From an uncultured Planctomycetia bacterium (GTDB lineage: Bacteria; Omnitrophota; Gorgyraeia; B26-G9): a stretch of 64,000 bases of DNA. The translations under genes and the position numbers were made by a program. Positions 1 to 9,495 of the stretch are shown here, piece by piece (the stretch's first letter is position 1; each line of letters starts with the position of its first letter). The stretch spans positions 759-64,758 of the forward strand of contig CAYTGV010000005.1 of assembly GCA_964437495.1 (NCBI GenBank), in the 5' to 3' direction. The notes beneath the pieces were generated by a model that was given only the letters and a program-made list of their open reading frames with translations, had not been told where the DNA came from and did no database searches.

Positions 1-3000
1 CGTCCGTGCTTTTAATCACATAGTTTGTTGCAACCAATTCTTCTTTATTAAAATCAAAATTTAGTGTTGCTGTAGCATTAAATTTTTCACCTGATGCCGA
101 TTGCCATCCCTCTAAAGATGAGGTTGGAGCCATTACACCTATTAATGCGATATCATTGAAAGATGAAAAATTTGAATCATTATACGTTAACAATCTGGTT
201 ATATTTGTAGATTGAAGTGTCATATCTACAGAACCAGACACTGATGCCTGGGTAACTGATACTAAACTCTTAGACTGCCAAACAAAAGCATTGTCTTCTC
301 CTGTAGTTCCTGTTAAAGCTACATCTTTATGTAAATAGCTAGCACTACTGCTGTAAAACTCAACATTACCCCTTGTACTTGAGCCTGTATGGTTATTAAT
401 AAATTCAGTAGGATTGTTGATAGTTTGGAGGTTGCTAATCAGGTCGTCACTTGTATAGATCGGATTCGAAAGCTGTATATCAGTAAGCATCTGATCTATT
501 GTCGAGCGGTCAACTGTAATATTTCCGCCGGCAGCCATAAAGGTAATCGTATCATTTGCTTCATAACCTTGCTTAAAATTCTGCTGACTTACCATCGTTG
601 ATATTTTAGCACGCGTATTGGTAATACCTGAAGTCACATTTGACACAGCCTGGGTATTCATAAAGCTGAGCTGGCGTGTACTGATTGTTTGTCCCCAAGC
701 CTGTCCAAAACTCAGGTTATTTGACTCTCCTGCTGTATCGCTGCCAGCTTGCTCGCCAAAAACCTCAGGATTTTTTTCTTTCTGCTCAGACCAGTACTCT
801 GCTTTTGCAGCATTTAGTGTCCAATAAGTATTGATACTGCCATCTTCATTATAATATTTTCCGTCCGCTCCTTGTTCTATACCGCTGTCCATGCCAAACA
901 TCATATATGACATTGTATCCATTTCACTGTTCCAGCTATCCATTGACAGCATTTTGTCATAAGCTGTAGCCTGACTATCTCCAGCATCGAATCCAACACT
1001 GCTAAATCCCTGATTGACCGCTGAAGAGATTTGCTGGCCAAGAGCATTCTGGAAAGCCTGCGTCTGCTCCTTTGAACTCATATTAGACATATCTACACTA
1101 TTATTTGTTGATGAGATATTAATAACTGATGATAAGTTATATGTTGCCTCAGAAGCCTGAGCATCAGTGTAATCAAGATTACGAATAAGAAATTCTTTAT
1201 ATCCACCGGTTAAAGATGAGGAAGCTCCTTCCCAAAAAGCATCTGACATCATATTAGTCCATGTAAAATTAACATCGTTAAAAGCCGTATCTGTTAAAGA
1301 TGAAGTCATACTGCCTATTGCCGAAGAAAAACCTGAAGTAAGAACAGGATCCCATCCATGTTCCTTACCAATGCGGTCTACAACCTTGCTGCCTATTGAC
1401 CCAACAAGTCCAGGAAGTGATTTGTACATATTCCCTTTAAAGGTCTGATCACTATGCAGGGCAGCCCCGCCTCCGGACTGTACAATCGTTCCTACTGTCA
1501 GCGCTATTCCTTCCATAACCAAAGGATCCCAGCCATGTTTATATCCTGCCTGCCTTACGGTTTCCATAGATAGGTTTGTTAATCCTCCGATAACCATATC
1601 CTTGAATATATAGCTTGAAGTAGTAGTAGTAGTAGTCGGTCCATAATTAAAAGCAGTACTTCCGGCCCAAGCACCTCCAAATCCAATAACAAAAGACCGA
1701 ACATAAGGATTAGTAACTCCAGCTGCATCTAATCCATAGACAAGCCCATATGATACAGCAGTTTGTTTGACAACATTTATAGCCACATTTTGTATAGCAA
1801 ATGGTGTCGCTGAACTTGATAACATAGCTAAACCGGTCGCGCCCACTGCTGTCCCCAATCCTCCGGTAAAAGATGTCCCAACAGTTCCCAAAGCCACGCC
1901 TTCAACACTAGTAGAGGCTACCGTTGAAGGTAAAGCTGCCCCTGCACCTGTTGCCATTGCCGATCCAGGTGATGCTGCAGAAAAAACTGCATTTCCTGCG
2001 ACATCTGTGCCCAGATATCCCATATTACTTTGAATACTCTCTGCCGGTCCCATAAAGGAAAAGGCAAAAGCAGCCACTCCATTCATTACAGCTTCAAGTA
2101 ACATTCTTTTGAAAATAATCTTAAATGCCTCTACATCATTATTCTTACAGGCCATTACCATATCATAGTCAAATAAATACCCTATAATTGTGCCGACAAA
2201 AGCACCTATTGCCATTCCAAGATTTGTATTACCTCCTAAGATTGTGCCAATAATACCGCCAATAATTGTGCAGACAGCAATGATAATAGTTTTAATTACT
2301 TGCCCAACTATCCTAGCAATATTTTCAGGCAGCATATGGTATAAAGTTACTACAGGCGCTATCATCATTTGGAAACTACCCATAGTCCTCTGCCAAAAAC
2401 CATCTTTTATCCGGTCCCAGTCTAGGGTTAAAATCCCTATCATCATCTGGATAGTACCTTGGATCCAGTTCTTCATACCGTTGTAAAAAGTTTTATAACC
2501 TTCGTAAACAGCTTTAACAAATTTCTTTACGTGATTATAAACAGCCTTAAATACACCGCCAAAAACACTGCGTCCGCCGCGGATCTGACGCATCTGCAGA
2601 TCAAGTAAACGATCTTTATCTATTGCTTTGTTATTTAAAGCCAGGACATAACCGTCCCAACGAATCTTAAGTTCTTCAATAGAGATAATCTCTGCTTTTC
2701 CATTATCAATAATTGAAACAGCATCTCCATCTATGTCTACAATAGTCACCCAGTGGTCATTATCTAAGTTAATAATTGCATTTTTATCAAGTTCCTTTAA
2801 GCTATCAAGGCTTAGCTTAAATCCTTCTAAGCTTATCCCGTACTTTTTGGCTACATTCTTTATTGCCATCATTGATGTCATTATATTTTTTTCTGTTATC
2901 TCTACTTCTCCTGTAGCGAGGATATCATCAACAATAAGCTCATAGGCCAGGTCTTCTTTAGAGGCCAGCTTGCGGCCTATATTTGCGGCAAAACTATCCA

Positions 3001-4171
3001 ATGCCTTTACCGCACAGTTGATAATGTTTACCGTATCATCCCAAACACCCTTTATTGCCTTTAAAATATAGGCCTTGCCAATATCAGCAAAGCTGTATCC
3101 GGCATCCACCATTGCCTTGGCAATAGCTGTCATATTACGGCTTAAGTCTGTTGCTATTTTTAATATGTCAACTGCGCTTATCCCGGCGGATTTAAATGCT
3201 GCCACAATATCTCTATCTGTAAAACCGGCATTTAACAGCGCCTCATAGATTTCTTTATCGCTATAGCTTACCTGTGCCTTATGGATTGACTGTACTATTT
3301 CCGTACAATTTAGATTTGCTTCTTTAAATATAGTTATGATATCTTTTAGATTAAATCCAATCTGGGCAAGAGCGTTTATGATACGCTCATTGGCAAGGCC
3401 GGCTTTCTTTAATATCCTAATTAGTTCTACACCGCGTTTGCCTTCATTTATCATTATGCGCACAAATTCAACACTCTGACGCAGCATTGCAGATTCTTTT
3501 GTGATTTTTTCGATCAACTTGGTAGGGTCTTTTTCGATCGGCATATCAGTTACTTTAGGAATTTCAAATATGCCTTCTTTGGCTTTAAGTACTTCTTCCT
3601 CTTTTTCTTCCTTTTTGTCCTTATCTAAAGGTGGTCCTGTTTTGCTTTCATCTACATCTGTCTTCTGCAGCTTCTTCTCTTCTTCAGCCTTAAGCAGTCC
3701 GCCTAAGAGTGTCTTAACATCATCCTTATCATAACCAGCTTTGATCAGCGCATGATATATCTCTTTCTTATTAAATCCCTGCCGCACAGCTCCAAATCCA
3801 GCTTCGGCAATTGAACATCCTGAACTTTTAAGAGTTGTAAATATAGCCGTCAGGTCATTACCGGCAATAGAAAGACCGCTGATCGTGGTATCGATTATCG
3901 GCATGGACTCTATCTGACCTTTAGTTATCACCTGCTCAAAGCCCATATAAGGCATTGCCGGATTAGTTAGCACAAGCTTATCACTCAGAGCATCAACAGA
4001 AAGCTTATCTCTGTTATCATTTGTCTGCTGGTTTTCCATCATCGCTTCTTTTGAGCCTTTATTCTCCCGGTAATTTGCTGCCCAGGAAATATCAGACATT
4101 GTAAATAGAAACGCCTCCAGCACAATAAAAGCAATTACCTTAAACCAAAGTTTTCCTGTTTGATCGTACAT
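1..4171 (-). CDS. giant multi-domain surface/membrane protein, N-terminus at 4171 and C-terminus beyond the window edge (at least 1390 aa); contains a C39-like cysteine peptidase domain
   Basis: Manual minus-strand translation from ATG at 4171..4169 (AGGAGG at 4177-4182, 5-nt spacer) runs without a stop to position 1. I confirmed the frame at three points (4171, 2752, 58); all have their first base at position = 1 mod 3. Protein order: N-terminal hydrophobic anchor (MYDQTGKLWFKVIAFIVLEAFLF); repeated ~18-35 aa helical modules (xEIYxALxxAGxxxxDIxxxFK); a C39-like core with INCAVKAL (Cys ~386) ... NDHWVTIVDIDGD (His ~472) ... ISIEELKIRWDGYVLAL; a polytopic Gly/Ile-rich hydrophobic block; duplicated HGWDP(L/V) modules; a Ser/Thr/Asn-rich tail with an (ACT)6 Thr run. 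It is absent from the ORF track because no stop lies in the window. Confidence 0.75.
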   Translation of the reverse strand, partial: MYDQTGKLWFKVIAFIVLEAFLFTMSDISWAANYRENKGSKEAMMENQQTNDNRDKLSVDALSDKLVLTNPAMPYMGFEQVITKGQIESMPIIDTTISGLSIAGNDLTAIFTTLKSSGCSIAEAGFGAVRQGFNKKEIYHALIKAGYDKDDVKTLLGGLLKAEEEKKLQKTDVDESKTGPPLDKDKKEEKEEEVLKAKEGIFEIPKVTDMPIEKDPTKLIEKITKESAMLRQSVEFVRIMINEGKRGVELIRILKKAGLANERIINALAQIGFNLKDIITIFKEANLNCTEIVQSIHKAQVSYSDKEIYEALLNAGFTDRDIVAAFKSAGISAVDILKIATDLSRNMTAIAKAMVDAGYSFADIGKAYILKAIKGVWDDTVNIINCAVKALDSFAANIGRKLASKEDLAYELIVDDILATGEVEITEKNIMTSMMAIKNVAKKYGISLEGFKLSLDSLKELDKNAIINLDNDHWVTIVDIDGDAVSIIDNGKAEIISIEELKIRWDGYVLALNNKAIDKDRLLDLQMRQIRGGRSVFGGVFKAVYNHVKKFVKAVYEGYKTFYNGMKNWIQGTIQMMIGILTLDWDRIKDGFWQRTMGSFQMMIAPVVTLYHMLPENIARIVGQVIKTIIIAVCTIIGGIIGTILGGNTNLGMAIGAFVGTIIGYLFDYDMVMACKNNDVEAFKIIFKRMLLEAVMNGVAAFAFSFMGPAESIQSNMGYLGTDVAGNAVFSAASPGSAMATGAGAALPSTVASTSVEGVALGTVGTSFTGGLGTAVGATGLAMLSSSATPFAIQNVAINVVKQTAVSYGLVYGLDAAGVTNPYVRSFVIGFGGAWAGSTAFNYGPTTTTTTSSYIFKDMVIGGLTNLSMETVRQAGYKHGWDPLVMEGIALTVGTIVQSGGGAALHSDQTFKGNMYKSLPGLVGSIGSKVVDRIGKEHGWDPVLTSGFSSAIGSMTSSLTDTAFNDVNFTWTNMMSDAFWEGASSSLTGGYKEFLIRNLDYTDAQASEATYNLSSVINISSTNNSVDMSNMSSKEQTQAFQNALGQQISSAVNQGFSSVGFDAGDSQATAYDKMLSMDSWNSEMDTMSYMMFGMDSGIEQGADGKYYNEDGSINTYWTLNAAKAEYWSEQKEKNPEVFGEQAGSDTAGESNNLSFGQAWGQTISTRQLSFMNTQAVSNVTSGITNTRAKISTMVSQQNFKQGYEANDTITFMAAGGNITVDRSTIDQMLTDIQLSNPIYTSDDLISNLQTINNPTEFINNHTGSSTRGNVEFYSSSASYLHKDVALTGTTGEDNAFVWQSKSLVSVTQASVSGSVDMTLQSTNITRLLTYNDSNFSSFNDIALIGVMAPTSSLEGWQSASGEKFNATATLNFDFNKEELVATNYVIKSTD
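1619..1636 (-). repeat. (AGT)6 trinucleotide repeat, encoding a Thr run inside the giant ORF
   Basis: agtagtagtagtagtagt is read directly at 1619-1636; in frame it encodes TTTTTT in the low-complexity tail. Confidence 0.6.
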
Positions 4172-4227
4172 AAGATGCCTCCTGTTTCACGGTTTTTTTA
4201 ACAATAAAAAAACCGAGCTGTTAAAAC

Positions 4228-4725
4228 TTAAACAATTCGGTTTATTATAAAATCTCTCAACTTTGCAGTTTTAGTTGGCGGTCCGGTTGAAACTTCATTT
4301 CTGCTTCTCGCCATAATCTCTTTAGTACTTGCCTTATCTTTATTTAAGCTATATGCCAGCTTAACATTATTTATATTAAAAAATGAGCAACTTAATGCTT
4401 TATAAATCTCGTTATTAAATACGCGCAATTCTTTTACAGATACGATTTTTGATATGGAATAATCGCTGCCTTCAAGCAAGCTAAACATGGCATCCAGATT
4501 AAGATGTGGTAAGTGCAATCCAACAAGGCTAAGCTGAAAACTGCCAATGCCGTCAATCAGACTTACAGACTTTGTAGCTATTCTATTAAATCTAAGAACA
4601 GCTTCCTTAAAGGTGTCCTTACTCTGGTACATAGCTGCCAGAGCAAAGTCAGCCTGAGTCAGCAACAAAGCCTGAATAATAATTACGACTATTATTTTAA
4701 GCCACAATTTCTTGCCCATAACCAT
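4228..4725 (-). CDS. hypothetical secreted protein (signal peptide), immediately upstream of and co-directional with the giant gene
   Basis: ORF 4228..4785; the likely true start is the internal Met (MVMGKKLWLKIIVVIIIQALLLTQADFALA), a classic signal peptide. There are 56 nt to the giant gene start. I recognise no domain. Confidence 0.45.
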   Translation of the reverse strand: MVMGKKLWLKIIVVIIIQALLLTQADFALAAMYQSKDTFKEAVLRFNRIATKSVSLIDGIGSFQLSLVGLHLPHLNLDAMFSLLEGSDYSISKIVSVKELRVFNNEIYKALSCSFFNINNVKLAYSLNKDKASTKEIMARSRNEVSTGPPTKTAKLRDFIINRIV

Positions 4726-5090
4726 TCTTTCTTTATTCCACCCCGGGGGTGGAATTTTGGTTGATCTAATAAAAAAAGATAGCAAAACTGCGTTCCTCGT
4801 CCTTTAATTCTACTCAGGACGAATCCTGAGCCTGTCAAATGGATTCGGCAGCTCGGCTATCTTGGCTTGCTTATCGCGTTATCGATACGCTCGGCGATCT
4901 TTGCATTAGCTTTAGACCCGTAGCTTTGCGCCCTCAAGTTTTCCTGAGTTTGCCATTTCGGTTTTTATACTTATTAAAATAATTTAAAATCTCTTTAGTT
5001 ACTGTAATTAAGTATACCATGCCTTTTTACGCTTGTCAATAGCCGGGCCTGGCCAGGAATAAGGTCATATTTTAATGATAGGTTAAGATA

Positions 5091-5363
5091 TTATACAGAG
5101 GGTTTTCCTTCGAGTAAAGTATCAATCTTTTCCACTTTATTGAAAATTGCAATAACCAGCTTAATCAGCTCAGAAGCGCTAAATAGCACTAGAAAATATA
5201 TGCCTCCACCAATTAAAAATACTAAACTTGCAGCTCTGGGTGTATCGCCTCCAGCACCAAAGAGTACAATAAGCGAAACAATAATAAAAAAAACCGCAGA
5301 TATCCATGCCAAAACCTTGAATATCAACGCACATAGGCTTAGAATTTTAACTCCTTTATTCAT
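5091..5363 (-). CDS. small membrane protein (two predicted TM helices)
   Basis: ORF 5091..5369 as GTG-extended; AAGGAGG sits 9 nt before ATG at 5363 (MNKGVKILSLCALIFKVLAWISAVFFIIVSLIVLF...). Two hydrophobic helices; no recognisable family. Confidence 0.45.
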   Translation of the reverse strand: MNKGVKILSLCALIFKVLAWISAVFFIIVSLIVLFGAGGDTPRAASLVFLIGGGIYFLVLFSASELIKLVIAIFNKVEKIDTLLEGKPSV

Positions 5364-5443
5364 AAACACTTACCTCCTTAATTATCCATCTTTATAGAGA
5401 GAATTAAGCCTCGCCCTGTTTTGTGGCGGGCATTAACCATTTT

Positions 5444-6655
5444 TTATGCGTGAATAAATATTTCTCTAATTACTAGGCTTGCCGCGCCTAGAGATACTGA
5501 GTTATCTCCTAGGCGTGAAGGAATTATCCTTACCATGCTGGCCGGCTCCTCAAAAGCAAGCCTTCTGACCATTCTCTTGATAGGCTCAAGAATAAGGTCT
5601 CCTGCACGCTCCATACCCCCACCCAGAATAACAATTTCAGGGTTGAACAGATTAATCAGATAAGCAATCCTGACACCAAGATTAAGTCCTGCCTTTTCAA
5701 GTATTTGTATACACTCTGTATCATTCTGTCTGGCTGCCTCAATGATTAACTCTACATCTACATTTTCAGCTATATTCTGAGCTAGCTCTTTAAGTTTTGG
5801 ACTCTTGCCAGACTTAAATGCTGCTACCCCTGAATCCACAATCCCTAGGTTTATGCTTCCCGGACGAAAAAGCCCCAATTCTTTGGTAAGATCATCATCT
5901 TCACCGCCAAGATTAAGCTGTACCTCTCCCGCACTACCTCCTGCGCCGGCATAGATCTCGCCCTTAATAATAATCCCGCAGCCAACATCAGAAAACATAT
6001 AAAGCACATTTTCTATTTCAGCATCCAAGCCAATTCTCTTTTCACCAAAAGCAGCAACTGTAGCGTCATTTCCCACAAAAGTCGGGATACCGAATTCTCT
6101 CTCAATTAAATTTTTAATTGAGATATAACTGGCTGCTGTTTTTCCTCGCTTAGGATCAGTATCTCTTACAGTTCCTGCCTTTGAATCAATAATACCAGAA
6201 ATCCCGATTCCCAATCCCTTTATCTTCTTTGCTTCAATCTGGGATTTTTCAATAACTTCATAAATCAATTCAATTGATTTGCTGACAACATCTTCCATTG
6301 ACTCTTTTGGACGCGGTTTTTTAACTTTTGTGATCATATTTAAAGAAAGATCAGTCAAAGCTGCAATAATATGTCCGGGCCCTATATCAATACCGATAAC
6401 AAAACAATTTCTGGAATTCAATTCAACTAATGTCGGTTTTCTACCGCCGCTTGAAATATCCAGCCCTTTTTCAACCACCAAATCTTTCTTTATATAGTTA
6501 TTTACATAATTAGAAACAGTAACAATATTATATTTTGTAATTCGAGATATTTCAGTTCTCGTCACTGGCCCGTAACGCCGGATAACTTCAAGTATATCAA
6601 GATTTTTACGCTCTCTGTCAGATAATATCTGATCTTTAAACAATGCACCCTTCAT
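5444..6655 (-). CDS. ROK family transcriptional regulator (N-terminal winged HTH plus ROK sugar-kinase-like domain; NagC/Mlc/XylR type)
   Basis: N-terminal HTH (VIRRYGPVTRTEISRITKYNIVTVSNYVNNYI) followed by ROK motifs (GIDIGPGHIIAAL, GEKRIGLDAEIENVLYMFSDVGCGIIIKGEIYAGAGGSAGEVQ). Confidence 0.85.
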   Translation of the reverse strand: MKGALFKDQILSDRERKNLDILEVIRRYGPVTRTEISRITKYNIVTVSNYVNNYIKKDLVVEKGLDISSGGRKPTLVELNSRNCFVIGIDIGPGHIIAALTDLSLNMITKVKKPRPKESMEDVVSKSIELIYEVIEKSQIEAKKIKGLGIGISGIIDSKAGTVRDTDPKRGKTAASYISIKNLIEREFGIPTFVGNDATVAAFGEKRIGLDAEIENVLYMFSDVGCGIIIKGEIYAGAGGSAGEVQLNLGGEDDDLTKELGLFRPGSINLGIVDSGVAAFKSGKSPKLKELAQNIAENVDVELIIEAARQNDTECIQILEKAGLNLGVRIAYLINLFNPEIVILGGGMERAGDLILEPIKRMVRRLAFEEPASMVRIIPSRLGDNSVSLGAASLVIREIFIHA

Positions 6656-6769
6656 CTTGCACCTCTCCTTTTAATTTATTTCTATTAGCAAATTTTCAGG
6701 CTTACTTTATCTATATTATATTAAAGTCTTTTTAAAGCCTACTATTTAATGCTTTTTAAATCTAAAACC

Positions 6770-6798
6770 ACTATATCACTTTTAATTTTTCATGTCAA
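6770..6798 (-). promoter_or_regulatory. near-consensus sigma70 promoter for the ROK regulator gene
   Basis: On the minus strand TTGACA (6798-6793), a 17-nt spacer, TATAGT (6775-6770). Two further TTGAC repeats lie just upstream (tccTTGACAccatgaTTGACTtaacattcTTGACA). The leader to the ATG at 6655 is ~107 nt. Confidence 0.5.
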
Positions 6799-6917
6799 GA
6801 ATGTTAAGTCAATCATGGTGTCAAGGACTCTGTTACTTTTTAAAGCAGTTGTGCTAGGAAGACTGTTTTTGCGGATTTAAAGATTGCTTTTACCATGGAT
6901 GAGCAAAAACACTCTTT

Positions 6918-6975
6918 CCCTCGCAGATAGCCAAGGAGGGCTATCGAGAATGAGCAAAAATAGTTTTTCTAGTAC
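6918..6975. promoter_or_regulatory. copy 1 of a conserved intergenic element (CCTCGCAG, variable hairpin, CGAGAATGAG, NNAAAATAGTTTTT)
   Basis: cctcgcag ATAGCC aagga GGGCTAT cgagaatgagcaaaaatagtttttctagtac. It shares flanks with 34341-34400 and 55096-55155; the hairpin arms differ but stay complementary. Confidence 0.4.
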
Positions 6976-7060
6976 AATTTACACTTAAAGACCTTCCAAT
7001 GTTTCTGCTTACCATTTATAAAAGCAATTGACTTTCTTACGATATCAAGGCAATAATATA

Positions 7061-8506
7061 CTAGCTAATCCGCCAGGTTGTCTTTCCGTCCTTTGTATCC
7101 TCGATTACAATACCTATCTCCTGCAATTCATCACGAATTTTATCCGCAGCTTTAAAATCTCTTTGCTTTTTATATTTTAAGCGAAGTTCAATCTTTTCTA
7201 CAATTTTCCTCTCATTAATACCATCTAGCTGTTTTTTCTCAAAAGACAAAGCTAAAACATCAATTATTTCTCTAAGCACATTTCTTGCATAAACTAATTT
7301 ACTATCATTTTTTAAAGAATCATCTCTGTCAAGTTCACTATTAGCCGCAGTTACAATGTCAAATAAAACCGCCCGTGCTGTTGCCATATTGAAATTGTCA
7401 TCCATCGCCGACTTAAATTCTTCTCTAAAAAATTGGCCCGGTTTTACTCCTGTTCCCCAAGCCTGCTCCGGCTGCTCCTGCTTACCCATCAAATATCTAT
7501 CCAGCCGATCAAGAAGCAGGGAAATTTTCTCATAATTTTTTTTCGACTCTTCCATCTTTTCCCAAGAAAAATCTAATGAGCTTGAATAATGCGCTTGTAA
7601 ATAAAATATCTTCAAAATATCCGCCGAATATCTCTTGAGCACATCTTTTATGGTCACGAAGTTACCTGCTGATTTAGCCATCTTTTGTGCGTTTATAGTC
7701 AATAATCCGTGATGTATCCAGTAATTGGCAAACTTTTTTCCGGTAAACGCCTCTGACTGTGCTTTTTCATTTTCATGATGCGGAAATATAAGGTCTCTAC
7801 CTCCACCATGTATATCTAAGGTATCAACCCCAAGATATTCCCGGCTCATCACTGAACACTCTATATGCCAACCAGGCCTGCCATTACCCCAGGGGCTCTC
7901 CCAAGAAGGCTCTTCTTCCTTTACTTTTTTCCAAAGAGCAAAATCAACCGGATCTTTCTTATCAATATCAGCTTCAATCCTAACTGAATCCTGAACTTGA
8001 TCCAAGGAATTCCCGGACAGGCTTCCATAATTATCTAGTTTTCTGGGGGAAAAATAAACATTTCCGTTTTGCTCATAAGCAAATCCTTTTTCTATAAGTC
8101 CACTTATATACTCTATGATCTGCTTAATGTTTTCAGTAGCTTTTGGTTCTACATCAGCTTTAGGCAGACCAAGTCCTTTAAGATCATCATAATAATCCTT
8201 GATATAAAAATTGCGCACGCTCTCAAAGGCCTGTTTTAAGGATATATTATCCCTTTTCGCCCAGTCTCTTGCCTTCTTTATTATTTTATCGTCAACATCA
8301 GTGATATTTCTAACCAGCTTAATATCATATCCGCTAAACTTTAAGTATCTGCGTATAACCTCAAAGACATAAAGTGATCTGGCATGACCGATATGGCATG
8401 AGTCATAGACAGTTACTCCGCAGGTATACATGTTCACCTTGCCAGGATATTGCGCTGCAAAGACTTCTTTTTTGGATGTTTGAGAATTATATATATTTAT
8501 CGTCAT
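7061..8506 (-). CDS. cysS: cysteine--tRNA ligase
   Basis: Class I HIGH (CHIGHARS) and KMSKS (KMAKS) motifs; full-length CysS architecture, 481 aa. Confidence 0.95.
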   Translation of the reverse strand: MTINIYNSQTSKKEVFAAQYPGKVNMYTCGVTVYDSCHIGHARSLYVFEVIRRYLKFSGYDIKLVRNITDVDDKIIKKARDWAKRDNISLKQAFESVRNFYIKDYYDDLKGLGLPKADVEPKATENIKQIIEYISGLIEKGFAYEQNGNVYFSPRKLDNYGSLSGNSLDQVQDSVRIEADIDKKDPVDFALWKKVKEEEPSWESPWGNGRPGWHIECSVMSREYLGVDTLDIHGGGRDLIFPHHENEKAQSEAFTGKKFANYWIHHGLLTINAQKMAKSAGNFVTIKDVLKRYSADILKIFYLQAHYSSSLDFSWEKMEESKKNYEKISLLLDRLDRYLMGKQEQPEQAWGTGVKPGQFFREEFKSAMDDNFNMATARAVLFDIVTAANSELDRDDSLKNDSKLVYARNVLREIIDVLALSFEKKQLDGINERKIVEKIELRLKYKKQRDFKAADKIRDELQEIGIVIEDTKDGKTTWRIS

Positions 8507-8735
8507 AATTTATCTCTTTTATTTTGTATTACGTATTTAGTATTAAGCATTGCGTCTAAAAACAAAGACCGCCCGATAATCATTCGCTCCGCTTATTAAG
8601 ACGATGGACAAACGTTCTCTTTGTTCTCTTAAAAAACTATTTTTAAAAACTTATACGCTTCTAGCCGTTACCGCTGTCTTTTAAACCAATACGGACATCG
8701 CAACCGCTCACCTTTTTGCTTTTACACTTTACTTT

Positions 8736-8775
8736 TTTTCTGTTGACCATCGACTATAAACTATTGGCCATAGAC
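8736..8775. promoter_or_regulatory. GGTCAA-heptad motif (CtsR-box-like) between cysE and cysS; shared with the mcsA upstream region
   Basis: Minus-strand reading: GGCCAATAGtttatAGTCGATGGTCAACAGAAAAAAAG. Compare 20521-20550: GCCAATAGTCGATGGTCAATAGTAAAAAC. Confidence 0.3.
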
Positions 8776-9443
8776 TATTTATTTTCAAGCCCCTCAATTT
8801 TTTTCTCCAGCTCCTCAATGCGCTGCATTACAGGATCAAATACATGGATATGATCAAGCTCTATTTCAATCTTTTTCCCGTCCTGCTTGGTTATTCTTCC
8901 AGGCACACCGACAACTGTGGAATTAGACGCTACATCCTTTAAAACTACTGCATTTGCCCCGACATAAGAGTTATCACCAATATCAATATTTCCCAGCACT
9001 TTTGCTCCGGCGCCAATCACTACATTATTACCGATATTGGGATGTCTTTTCCCTTTTTCCTTTCCCGTCCCGCCAAGCGTTACCCCCTGATACAGGGTAA
9101 CATTGTCTCCGATAATAGTTGTCTCTCCTATAACAACTCCCATGCCATGATCAATAAAAAAACCTTCACCAATAAGTGCAGCCGGGTGGATTTCAATACC
9201 TGTTAACCAGCGGCTGAATTGAGAAACCCACCTGGGAATAAAAGGAATACTGAACTTCAATAAGAAGTGTGCTATTCTGTGCAAAATAAGGGCATGCAAA
9301 CCTGCATAAGTAAAAAGAATCTCAATTGTATTTATTGCCGAAGGATCGCGATCCTTGGTAGATTCTATTTCATCCTTAAAAATAAACGCAATACCAGCAA
9401 TAAAAACAACAACAGTCAAAATGAACATAATTACCGTACCCAT
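8775..9443 (-). CDS. cysE: serine O-acetyltransferase
   Basis: Hexapeptide-repeat core ([67 protein letters not shown]) and [32 protein letters not shown]. The ORF-track start at 9479 is GTG; AAGAAGGTG sits 8 nt before ATG at 9443. A C-terminal coiled-coil tail follows. Confidence 0.85.
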   Translation of the reverse strand: MGTVIMFILTVVVFIAGIAFIFKDEIESTKDRDPSAINTIEILFTYAGLHALILHRIAHFLLKFSIPFIPRWVSQFSRWLTGIEIHPAALIGEGFFIDHGMGVVIGETTIIGDNVTLYQGVTLGGTGKEKGKRHPNIGNNVVIGAGAKVLGNIDIGDNSYVGANAVVLKDVASNSTVVGVPGRITKQDGKKIEIELDHIHVFDPVMQRIEELEKKIEGLENK

Positions 9444-9495
9444 AATTACACACCTTCTTTTTTTAGGTTTAAAATTCACCTGATCTACATTTAGA

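Noticed and set aside
8507-8774. T-box leader upstream of cysS
   Set aside because: No AATTAGGGTGGNACCGCG-type T-box sequence on either strand and no antiterminator/terminator pair; cysE upstream has only a 16-nt gap.
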